In this document: one piece after another, positions 8,651-19,294 of the stretch
Numbering within the stretch: the first letter of the stretch is position 1
Layout: the number at the start of each line of letters is the position of its first letter
Source of the DNA: Tubulanus polymorphus
Taxonomy: Eukaryota; Animalia; Nemertea
NCBI RefSeq assembly: GCF_964204645.1
Contig: NC_134034.1
Span: 1 to 64,000 of the forward strand
Reading direction: 5' to 3'
DNA length: 64,000 bases
Position numbers and translations under genes: made by a program
Notes under the pieces: model-generated
The model's input: only the letters and a program-made list of their open reading frames with translations
The model's database searches: none
What the model was told of the DNA's origin: nothing

Positions 8651-10207
8651 ATGATTCCTGCACTGACACTGACGAAGGCAACCTCGCCGAAATATCTGTC
8701 AATGGAGCGATCTACTCGAAAGAAGAAACGACCACCAGCTGAGAAGACCAGCAAGGGCGGAGGACGCCCTGAGCGACACCAGCAACCCGGGATGTCGCCG
8801 AAAAATTACTATAGAGCTCTTCAAGTGGCGCACCACCTTGCCCAGTTGAGCTCTGGTCCGAAAGCGATTCGGAGGAAGAAGGACCATCTGAAGATGTTCC
8901 TGCGGCCGGCGGCTTGCACCGAAGCAGTAACGGTGCAGCTGCACGCTGCCGCGGACGTCTGGATGGAGACAGTTTCGAAAGAGCTGACCATCCATTACGC
9001 TGCCACATTTGTTCAGCTAATGGGTGATCCTCTGCCGGACTGTCTATCAGCACAGGATGTCGCCCTGACATGGGCCCGGAGGAATTTCGGCTCCCGTCTG
9101 AGCCCCGGAACGATCCGGCTTTTCAACATCGCGCTGGATTTGCGGTCGAAATTCCGCGGTCAGGCTCTGTCTGACAAACTCAGAAATGTCCTATCTAACC
9201 CACCTTCTTCCCCTTCTCATTTCAGGTCACACCACCAGGAGGCACCCACGGAACCGAAGATTCGTCCGCCGCCGAGACCGAGCCGGAAGATTCGAAAGCC
9301 CGCGACGCCGAGGACGCCTGCACCAACCGCAGCCGCGCCCGCCGCGCCCACAGCGCCTCCTTCTTTTTCTGATTCCAGGTCACCGAGAAGCTACGCGGAT
9401 GTCACCAGGACGCCACCAACCAGAATGGCGCCACCACCGAGAAGTCCGATGCCGACGCCGCCGCCGCCACCAAGAAGTCCGACGCCACCGAGAAGTCCGA
9501 CGCCGCCGCCTCGAAACCCGACGCCGCCGCCGCAGAGAACGCCGACCGCACCAACCAGCAGTCCGACGCCGTCTCTCTCTTCTTCTCTTTCCAGCTCTCC
9601 GTCTCATTACAGGTCACCAGGGCGCCTACTGCCAGCGCGAAGTCCGACGCCAACACCGAGACCGATGGCGCCCCAGGAAGTTCGCCGTCATCCGAATACG
9701 GGTCGGAAGAAACAGGATTGGAGTCTGCCACCAACCCGGCGACCCATTCTGGTGATTGGTGACTCAAATCTGAGTAACATCACATCAAGCCGCCGTCCGG
9801 ATGACGTCCAGATCGAGAGCTTCCCCGGCTGCAAGATAGCTCATCTCGCCGACCTGATCGATGCTGTACCGGAGCGCCGAGATCGCCCGGATACGGTGAT
9901 CATCAGCGTCGGAATCAACAACCGCGACAACAACTTCGAAGCGACCGCCAGGAAGACCACACAGCGCCTGATCAACGCCGCAGTCAAGAAGTATCAGCAC
10001 TCGTTCGTCCACTTCGTTCAACTCAACACGACCCGCGAACACCAGCAGTTCGCCCGGAAGTTCAACGAATTCCTCGAGATTCACGACGACGTCACCGCGA
10101 TACCACCCATCGATGATCGACGCTTCAGAGTTGTTGGAGACGGGATCCACTGGAACCGTGGTACAGCTAACACCCTGCTGGACCACTGGCTCAGTGGTTT
10201 AAACTAA
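8651..10207 (+). CDS. PLE ORF1 (SGNH esterase), copy 2
   Basis: Near-identical to 3697-5253. Confidence 0.88.
   Translation: MIPALTLTKATSPKYLSMERSTRKKKRPPAEKTSKGGGRPERHQQPGMSPKNYYRALQVAHHLAQLSSGPKAIRRKKDHLKMFLRPAACTEAVTVQLHAAADVWMETVSKELTIHYAATFVQLMGDPLPDCLSAQDVALTWARRNFGSRLSPGTIRLFNIALDLRSKFRGQALSDKLRNVLSNPPSSPSHFRSHHQEAPTEPKIRPPPRPSRKIRKPATPRTPAPTAAAPAAPTAPPSFSDSRSPRSYADVTRTPPTRMAPPPRSPMPTPPPPPRSPTPPRSPTPPPRNPTPPPQRTPTAPTSSPTPSLSSSLSSSPSHYRSPGRLLPARSPTPTPRPMAPQEVRRHPNTGRKKQDWSLPPTRRPILVIGDSNLSNITSSRRPDDVQIESFPGCKIAHLADLIDAVPERRDRPDTVIISVGINNRDNNFEATARKTTQRLINAAVKKYQHSFVHFVQLNTTREHQQFARKFNEFLEIHDDVTAIPPIDDRRFRVVGDGIHWNRGTANTLLDHWLSGLN
8664..8701 (+). ncRNA. Hammerhead ribozyme, copy 2
   Basis: Identical to 3710-3747. 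Confidence 0.85.
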
Positions 10208-10401
10208 GTATTAGTGAGACCAACGGGTCCACTATTGGTGAGTTAAATCAACCGGAATTAACCAATGCTTCTCTGATTTCTTCCATTTCCAGGTCCGACG
10301 AACACGAAGAACCGGCACCAAACCAAGCGCGACGCGATCCGGTCACCGCTCTCGGGAGCCCGGTGGTCAACCTCACACGTTCACTCCGCCTAACCCTAAC
10401 C

Positions 10402-13400
10402 CTGGTAGAGCAGTCGTCCGGCAAACGAAAGGTCCGTGGTTCGAGTCCCGGTCTAGGTGGTGGACTGTGCTTTTCCCGATGCCCCTAACTCTAATGCCTT
10501 CCGACAGGTGGGAGTTAGCCTGATTTCCCGCTGCCCGTGCTCTAGTGGGGAACTGAAAAAGAAATTAATTAATACATCTCGATTAACAGTCTCGGGGGTT
10601 AATCTGAAGAACACACTTGTCATATAATTAATATTCAAATTCAAAAATTGGTTCCCCTAACCTCTATCTCTATACCTAACCTCAGCCTGTGCCAGGAATG
10701 AAGGAATGCGAGGTCACAGGAAATGACAGTCGTCGGTCTGCCCAGGTAGCTCAACTGGTAGAGCAGTCGTCCGGCAAACGAAAGGTCCGTGGTTCGAGTC
10801 CCGGTCTAGGTGGTGGACTGTGCTTTTCCCGATGCCCCTAACTCTAATGCCTTCCGACAGGTGGGAGTTAGCCTGATTTCCCGCTGCCCGTGCTCTAGTG
10901 GGGAACTGAAAAAGAAATTAATTAATACATCTCGATTAACAGTCTCGGGGGTTAATCTGAAGAACACACTTGTCATATAATTAATATTCAAATTCAAAAA
11001 TTGGTTCCCCTAACCTCTATCTCTATACCTAACCTCAGCCTGTGCCAGGAATGAAGGAATGCGAGGTCACAGGAAATGACAGTCGTCGGTCTGCCCAGGT
11101 AGCTCAACTGGTAGAGCAGTCGTCCGGCAAACGAAAGGTCCGTGGTTCGAGTCCCGGTCTAGGTGGTGGACTGTGCTTTTCCCGATGCCCCTAACTCTAA
11201 TGCCTTCCGACAGGTGGGAGTTAGCCTGATTTCCCGCTGCCCGTGCTCTAGTGGGGAACTGAAAAAGAAATTAATTAATACATCTCGATTAACAGTCTCG
11301 GGGGTTAATCTGAAGAACACACTTGTCATATAATTAATATTCAAATTCAAAAATTGGTTCCCCTAACCTCTATCTCTATACCTAACCTCAGCCTGTGCCA
11401 GGAATGAAGGAATGCGAGGTCACAGGAAATGACAGTCGTCGGTCTGCCCAGGTAGCTCAACTGGTAGAGCAGTCGTCCGGCAAACGAAAGGTCCGTGGTT
11501 CGAGTCCCGGTCTAGGTGGTGGACTGTGCTTTTCCCGATGCCCCTAACTCTAATGCCTTCCGACAGGTGGGAGTTAGCCTGATTTCCCGCTGCCCGTGCT
11601 CTAGTGGGGAACTGAAAAAGAAATTAATTAATACATCTCGATTAACAGTCTCGGGGGTTAATCTGAAGAACACACTTGTCATATAATTAATATTCAAATT
11701 CAAAAATTGGTTCCCCTAACCTCTATCTCTATACCTAACCTCAGCCTGTGCCAGGAATGAAGGAATGCGAGGTCACAGGAAATGACAGTCGTCGGTCTGC
11801 CCAGGTAGCTCAACTGGTAGAGCAGTCGTCCGGCAAACGAAAGGTCCGTGGTTCGAGTCCCGGTCTAGGTGGTGGACTGTGCTTTTCCCGATGCCCCTAA
11901 CTCTAATGCCTTCCGACAGGTGGGAGTTAGCCTGATTTCCCGCTGCCCGTGCTCTAGTGGGGAACTGAAAAAGAAATTAATTAATACATCTCGATTAACA
12001 GTCTCGGGGGTTAATCTGAAGAACACACTTGTCATATAATTAATATTCAAATTCAAAAATTGGTTCCCCTAACCTCTATCTCTATACCTAACCTCAGCCT
12101 GTGCCAGGAATGAAGGAATGCGAGGTCACAGGAAATGACAGTCGTCGGTCTGCCCAGGTAGCTCAACTGGTAGAGCAGTCGTCCGGCAAACGAAAGGTCC
12201 GTGGTTCGAGTCCCGGTCTAGGTGGTGGACTGTGCTTTTCCCGATGCCCCTAACTCTAATGCCTTCCGACAGGTGGGAGTTAGCCTGATTTCCCGCTGCC
12301 CGTGCTCTAGTGGGGAACTGAAAAAGAAATTAATTAATACATCTCGATTAACAGTCTCGGGGGTTAATCTGAAGAACACACTTGTCATATAATTAATATT
12401 CAAATTCAAAAATTGGTTCCCCTAACCTCTATCTCTATACCTAACCTCAGCCTGTGCCAGGAATGAAGGAATGCGAGGTCACAGGAAATGACAGTCGTCG
12501 GTCTGCCCAGGTAGCTCAACTGGTAGAGCAGTCGTCCGGCAAACGAAAGGTCCGTGGTTCGAGTCCCGGTCTAGGTGGTGGACTGTGCTTTTCCCGATGC
12601 CCCTAACTCTAATGCCTTCCGACAGGTGGGAGTTAGCCTGATTTCCCGCTGCCCGTGCTCTAGTGGGGAACTGAAAAAGAAATTAATTAATACATCTCGA
12701 TTAACAGTCTCGGGGGTTAATCTGAAGAACACACTTGTCATATAATTAATATTCAAATTCAAAAATTGGTTCCCCTAACCTCTATCTCTATACCTAACCT
12801 CAGCCTGTGCCAGGAATGAAGGAATGCGAGGTCACAGGAAATGACAGTCGTCGGTCTGCCCAGGTAGCTCAACTGGTAGAGCAGTCGTCCGGCAAACGAA
12901 AGGTCCGTGGTTCGAGTCCCGGTCTAGGTGGTGGACTGTGCTTTTCCCGATGCCCCTAACTCTAATGCCTTCCGACAGGTGGGAGTTAGCCTGATTTCCC
13001 GCTGCCCGTGCTCTAGTGGGGAACTGAAAAAGAAATTAATTAATACATCTCGATTAACAGTCTCGGGGGTTAATCTGAAGAACACACTTGTCATATAATT
13101 AATATTCAAATTCAAAAATTGGTTCCCCTAACCTCTATCTCTATACCTAACCTCAGCCTGTGCCAGGAATGAAGGAATGCGAGGTCACAGGAAATGACAG
13201 TCGTCGGTCTGCCCAGGTAGCTCAACTGGTAGAGCAGTCGTCCGGCAAACGAAAGGTCCGTGGTTCGAGTCCCGGTCTAGGTGGTGGACTGTGCTTTTCC
13301 CGATGCCCCTAACTCTAATGCCTTCCGACAGGTGGGAGTTAGCCTGATTTCCCGCTGCCCGTGCTCTAGTGGGGAACTGAAAAAGAAATTAATTAATACA

Positions 13401-15976
13401 TCTCGATTAACAGTCTCGGGGGTTAATCTGAAGAACACACTTGTCATATAATTAATATTCAAATTCAAAAATTGGTTCCCCTAACCTCTATCTCTATACC
13501 TAACCTCAGCCTGTGCCAGGAATGAAGGAATGCGAGGTCACAGGAAATGACAGTCGTCGGTCTGCCCAGGTAGCTCAACTGGTAGAGCAGTCGTCCGGCA
13601 AACGAAAGGTCCGTGGTTCGAGTCCCGGTCTAGGTGGTGGACTGTGCTTTTCCCGATGCCCCTAACTCTAATGCCTTCCGACAGGTGGGAGTTAGCCTGA
13701 TTTCCCGCTGCCCGTGCTCTAGTGGGGAACTGAAAAAGAAATTAATTAATACATCTCGATTAACAGTCTCGGGGGTTAATCTGAAGAACACACTTGTCAT
13801 ATAATTAATATTCAAATTCAAAAATTGGTTCCCCTAACCTCTATCTCTATACCTAACCTCAGCCTGTGCCAGGAATGAAGGAATGCGAGGTCACAGGAAA
13901 TGACAGTCGTCGGTCTGCCCAGGTAGCTCAACTGGTAGAGCAGTCGTCCGGCAAACGAAAGGTCCGTGGTTCGAGTCCCGGTCTAGGTGGTGGACTGTGC
14001 TTTTCCCGATGCCCCTAACTCTAATGCCTTCCGACAGGTGGGAGTTAGCCTGATTTCCCGCTGCCCGTGCTCTAGTGGGGAACTGAAAAAGAAATTAATT
14101 AATACATCTCGATTAACAGTCTCGGGGGTTAATCTGAAGAACACACTTGTCATATAATTAATATTCAAATTCAAAAATTGGTTCCCCTAACCTCTATCTC
14201 TATACCTAACCTCAGCCTGTGCCAGGAATGAAGGAATGCGAGGTCACAGGAAATGACAGTCGTCGGTCTGCCCAGGTAGCTCAACTGGTAGAGCAGTCGT
14301 CCGGCAAACGAAAGGTCCGTGGTTCGAGTCCCGGTCTAGGTGGTGGACTGTGCTTTTCCCGATGCCCCTAACTCTAATGCCTTCCGACAGGTGGGAGTTA
14401 GCCTGATTTCCCGCTGCCCGTGCTCTAGTGGGGAACTGAAAAAGAAATTAATTAATACATCTCGATTAACAGTCTCGGGGGTTAATCTGAAGAACACACT
14501 TGTCATATAATTAATATTCAAATTCAAAAATTGGTTCCCCTAACCTCTATCTCTATACCTAACCTCAGCCTGTGCCAGGAATGAAGGAATGCGAGGTCAC
14601 AGGAAATGACAGTCGTCGGTCTGCCCAGGTAGCTCAACTGGTAGAGCAGTCGTCCGGCAAACGAAAGGTCCGTGGTTCGAGTCCCGGTCTAGGTGGTGGA
14701 CTGTGCTTTTCCCGATGCCCCTAACTCTAATGCCTTCCGACAGGTGGGAGTTAGCCTGATTTCCCGCTGCCCGTGCTCTAGTGGGGAACTGAAAAAGAAA
14801 TTAATTAATACATCTCGATTAACAGTCTCGGGGGTTAATCTGAAGAACACACTTGTCATATAATTAATATTCAAATTCAAAAATTGGTTCCCCTAACCTC
14901 TATCTCTATACCTAACCTCAGCCTGTGCCAGGAATGAAGGAATGCGAGGTCACAGGAAATGACAGTCGTCGGTCTGCCCAGGTAGCTCAACTGGTAGAGC
15001 AGTCGTCCGGCAAACGAAAGGTCCGTGGTTCGAGTCCCGGTCTAGGTGGTGGACTGTGCTTTTCCCGATGCCCCTAACTCTAATGCCTTCCGACAGGTGG
15101 GAGTTAGCCTGATTTCCCGCTGCCCGTGCTCTAGTGGGGAACTGAAAAAGAAATTAATTAATACATCTCGATTAACAGTCTCGGGGGTTAATCTGAAGAA
15201 CACACTTGTCATATAATTAATATTCAAATTCAAAAATTGGTTCCCCTAACCTCTATCTCTATACCTAACCTCAGCCTGTGCCAGGAATGAAGGAATGCGA
15301 GGTCACAGGAAATGACAGTCGTCGGTCTGCCCAGGTAGCTCAACTGGTAGAGCAGTCGTCCGGCAAACGAAAGGTCCGTGGTTCGAGTCCCGGTCTAGGT
15401 GGTGGACTGTGCTTTTCCCGATGCCCCTAACTCTAATGCCTTCCGACAGGTGGGAGTTAGCCTGATTTCCCGCTGCCCGTGCTCTAGTGGGGAACTGAAA
15501 AAGAAATTAATTAATACATCTCGATTAACAGTCTCGGGGGTTAATCTGAAGAACACACTTGTCATATAATTAATATTCAAATTCAAAAATTGGTTCCCCT
15601 AACCTCTATCTCTATACCTAACCTCAGCCTGTGCCAGGAATGAAGGAATGCGAGGTCACAGGAAATGACAGTCGTCGGTCTGCCCAGGTAGCTCAACTGG
15701 TAGAGCAGTCGTCCGGCAAACGAAAGGTCCGTGGTTCGAGTCCCGGTCTAGGTGGTGGACTGTGCTTTTCCCGATGCCCCTAACTCTAATGCCTTCCGAC
15801 AGGTGGGAGTTAGCCTGATTTCCCGCTGCCCGTGCTCTAGTGGGGAACTGAAAAAGAAATTAATTAATACATCTCGATTAACAGTCTCGGGGGTTAATCT
15901 GAAGAACACACTTGTCATATAATTAATATTCAAATTCAAAAATTGGTTCCCCTAACCTCTATCTCTATACCTAACC
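10402..15976 (+). mobile_element. Tandem array (~15.8 x 353 bp) of tRNA-headed non-autonomous element, family A
   Basis: Exact 353-bp period; A/B boxes; 3' module shared with the PLE; telomeric repeats only at the two array ends. Confidence 0.9.
10740..10812 (+). ncRNA. tRNA-derived head of family A unit (recurs every 353 bp); not a canonical tRNA
   Basis: A box TAGCTCAACTGG, B box GGTTCGAGTCC, D-stem GCTC/GAGC, anticodon stem TCGT/ACGA with loop CCGGCAA lacking U33; mismatched T-stem. Confidence 0.82.
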
Positions 15977-16081
15977 CTAACCCTAACCCTAACCCTAACC
16001 CTAACCCTAACCCTAACCCTAACCCTAACCCTAACCCTAACCCTAACCCTAACCCTAACCCTAACCCTAACCCTAACCCTA
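15970..16081. repeat. Interstitial telomeric tract
   Basis: ~18 perfect CCCTAA units between family A and family B. Confidence 0.97.
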
Positions 16082-16736
16082 GCGGAGATATAGAGGTGAA
16101 ACCGAGAGCAATCGTCGGTCCGCCCAGGTAGCTCAATCGGTAGAGCAGTCGTCCGGCAAACGAAAGGTCCGGTGTTCGAGTCCCGGTCTAGGTGGTGGAT
16201 TGCTTTTCGGTATCCCTAACTCTAATACCTTCCGGCAGGTGGAGTTAGCCGGCTTTCCCGCTGCCAGTGTCACAGTGGGGTTCTGAAAAGATATCAGTTA
16301 ATTACTCTCGATTAATTGTGGTGGGTTAATCTGAAGAACACAAAAACATTAATTGATACTCTGATTGGTTCCCCTAACCTATACCTCTAAACCTAACCCC
16401 GACCAGTGCCAGGAAAGTGCGGAGATATAGAGGTGAAACCGAGAGCAATCGTCGGTCCGCCCAGGTAGCTCAATCGGTAGAGCAGTCGTCCGGCAAACGA
16501 AAGGTCCGGTGTTCGAGTCCCGGTCTAGGTGGTGGATTGCTTTTCGGTATCCCTAACTCTAATACCTTCCGGCAGGTGGAGTTAGCCGGCTTTCCCGCTG
16601 CCAGTGTCACAGTGGGGTTCTGAAAAGATATCAGTTAATTACTCTCGATTAATTGTGGTGGGTTAATCTGAAGAACACAAAAACATTAATTGATACTCTG
16701 ATTGGTTCCCCTAACCTATACCTCTAAACCTAACCC
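16082..16736 (+). mobile_element. Tandem (~1.9 x 337 bp) tRNA-headed non-autonomous element, family B
   Basis: Period 337 (16082/16419); tRNA-like heads at 16122-16194 and 16459-16531; diverged relative of family A with the same 3' module. Confidence 0.88.
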
Positions 16737-16768
16737 TAACCCTAACCCTAACCCTAACCCTAACCCTA
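16729..16768. repeat. Interstitial telomeric tract
   Basis: ~6 CCCTAA units. Confidence 0.95.
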
Positions 16769-17573
16769 CTCGATCCTAATAACTCTAAATAAGCGTAGTT
16801 TATCTAATAGAATTATATTTAAGAACTTAGAATTAAAACAGACGTATTAGTAAGACATTTCTATCAAAACTCGTCACCCATAATTAGGGCTAATTAACCA
16901 CCCGCGCTCACTCAGTAATTTAGATCTTACGGGTTATAACTTCCTACTAAATCGCCGACGCCGCGCTGTCTAATTCATCCAATTTTCGGTAGAATACCGC
17001 GTAGATATTTCAAAATCCGCTCTTAAAAGCTTTAGAATACGGAGAAAACTTGATTAACTAAGAACCGGATTTCACCATTTACGACTATTTAGTATACACG
17101 CGTATATCGGAATACGCCTCGGCCGCGCACCGCTAATTAACGCATCTAAACTAATTAGGAATTAAGCAATTTTGAAACTGAACTCGGACATATTTCGAAC
17201 ATTCCGGTTCACGTATATTAATAATACATATTCTAGATTTCTCTTTATAGCAAACACTTTGAGTATTTATCAGGTTATATCGAAATAAACTTTTCAATTC
17301 TATATTAGACACGCCGTTCTTTAGATCTTTAGAACTATACATCAAAGCAAACTATTCAACAGCTAGATCAAGGGCCATAATTAGTGCTGTTTTCTAGTCA
17401 CTCTGGATCAAAGGCATAATTAGTCAGACCCCTAGTTTGTCTATTAGCTTGATCACAGAAGTACAATTAGTCTAGATCACAAGGTCTCATATGGTCACTT
17501 AACTTCTAACTCGAATACTGTTCACTTGTTGCGCGCTGCGTGTATAAAAACCCGTGTCTAATCCTAGTTCAGC

Positions 17574-19139
17574 ATGATTCCTGCACTGACACTGACGAAG
17601 GCAACCTCGCCGAAATATCTGTCAATGGAGCGATCTACTCGAAAGAAGAAACGACCACCAGCTGAGAAGACCAGCAAGGGCGGAGGACGCCCTGAGCGAC
17701 ACCAGCAACCCGGGATGTCGCCGAAAACGTATTATAGAGCTCTTCAAGTGGCGCACCACCTTGCCCAGTTGAGCTCTGGTCCGAAAGCGATTCGGAGGAA
17801 GAAGGACCATCTGAAGATGTTCCTGCGGCCGGCGGCTTGCACCGAAGCAGTAACGGTGCAGCTGCACGCTGCCGCGGACGTCTGGATGGAGACAGTTTCG
17901 AAAGAGCTGACCATCCATTACGCTGCCACATTTGTTGAGCTAATGGGTGATCCTCTGCCGGACTGTCTATCAGCACAGGATGTCGCCCTGACATGGGCCC
18001 GGAGGAATTTCGGCTCCCGTCTGAGCCCCGGAACGATCCGGCTTTTCAACATCGCGCTGGATTTGCGGTCGAAATTCCGCGGTCAGGCTCTGTCTGACAA
18101 ACTCAGAAATGTCCTATCTAACCCACCTTCTTCCCCTTCTCATTTCAGGTCACACCACCAGGAGGCACCCACGGAGCCGAAGATTCGTCCGCCGCCGAGA
18201 CCGAGCCGGAAGATTCGAAAGCCCGCGACGCCGAGGACGCCTGCACCAACCGCAGCCGCGCCCGCCGCGCCCACAGCGCCTCCTTCTTTTTCTGATTCCA
18301 GGTCACCGAGAAGCTACGCGGATGTCACCAGGACGCCACCAACCAGAATGGCGCCACCACCGAGAAGCCCGATGCCGACGCCGCCGCCGCCGCCGCCACC
18401 AAGAAGTCCGACGCCACCGAGAAGTCCGACGCCGCCGCCTCGAAACCCGACGCCGCCGCCGCCGCAGAGAACGCCGACCGCACCAACCAGCAGTCCGACG
18501 CCGTCTCTCTCTTCTTCTCTTTCCAGCTCTCCGTCTCATTACAGGTCACCAGGGCGCCTACTGCCAGCGCGAAGTCCGACGCCAACACCGAGACCGATGG
18601 CGCCCCAGGAAGTTCGCCGTCATCCGAAGACGGGTCGGAAGAAACAGGATTGGAGTCTGCCACCAACCCGGCGACCCATTCTGGTGATTGGTGACTCAAA
18701 TCTGAGTAACATCACATCAAGCCGCCGTCCGGATGACGTCCAGATCGAGAGCTTCCCCGGCTGCAAGATAGCTCATCTCGCCGACCTGATCGATGCTGTA
18801 CCGGAGCGCCGAGATCGCCCGGATACGGTGATCATCAGCGTCGGAATCAACAACCGCGACAACAACTTCGAAGCGACCGCCAGGAAGACCACACAGCGCC
18901 TGATCAACGCCGCAGTCAAGAAGTATCAGCACTCGTTCGTCCACTTCGTTCAACTCAACACGACCCGCGAACACCAGCAGTTCGCCCGGAAGTTCAACGA
19001 ATTCCTCGAGATTCACGACGACGTCACCGCGATACCACCCATCGATGATCGACGCTTCAGAGTTGTTGGAGACGGGATCCACTGGAACCGTGGTACAGCT
19101 AACACCCTGCTGGACCACTGGCTCAGTGGTTTAAATTAA
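17574..19139 (+). CDS. PLE ORF1 (SGNH esterase), copy 3
   Basis: 521 aa with in-frame Pro expansions; hammerhead at 17587-17624; slippery T_TTA_AAT at 19130-19136. Confidence 0.88.
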   Translation: MIPALTLTKATSPKYLSMERSTRKKKRPPAEKTSKGGGRPERHQQPGMSPKTYYRALQVAHHLAQLSSGPKAIRRKKDHLKMFLRPAACTEAVTVQLHAAADVWMETVSKELTIHYAATFVELMGDPLPDCLSAQDVALTWARRNFGSRLSPGTIRLFNIALDLRSKFRGQALSDKLRNVLSNPPSSPSHFRSHHQEAPTEPKIRPPPRPSRKIRKPATPRTPAPTAAAPAAPTAPPSFSDSRSPRSYADVTRTPPTRMAPPPRSPMPTPPPPPPPRSPTPPRSPTPPPRNPTPPPPQRTPTAPTSSPTPSLSSSLSSSPSHYRSPGRLLPARSPTPTPRPMAPQEVRRHPKTGRKKQDWSLPPTRRPILVIGDSNLSNITSSRRPDDVQIESFPGCKIAHLADLIDAVPERRDRPDTVIISVGINNRDNNFEATARKTTQRLINAAVKKYQHSFVHFVQLNTTREHQQFARKFNEFLEIHDDVTAIPPIDDRRFRVVGDGIHWNRGTANTLLDHWLSGLN

Positions 19140-19294
19140 GTATTAGTGAGACCAACGGGCCCACTATTGGTGAGTTAAATCAACCGGAATTAACCAATGC
19201 TTCTCTGATTTCTTCCATTTCCAGGTCCGACGAACACGAAGAACCGGCACCGAACCAAGCGCGACGCGATCCGGTCACCGCTCTCGGGAGCCCG

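Larger units (their letters stand above)
7844..10393 (+). mobile_element. PLE copy 2, 5'-truncated and 3'-truncated at an internal CCTAA
   Basis: Starts at position equivalent to 2891; ends TCCGCCTAA|CCCTAA where the native sequence is TCCGCCTAAGTCC. Confidence 0.95.

Noticed and set aside
10740-10812. Functional tRNA-Ala(GGC) gene array
   Set aside because: No U33, mismatched T-stem and acceptor stem, and embedded in a unit carrying the PLE 3' module.
10453-15939. Repeated 63-aa minus-strand ORF
   Set aside because: Antisense to the non-coding unit and not preserved in family B.
10402-15976. CRISPR-like array
   Set aside because: Units are identical with no unique spacers; eukaryotic context.
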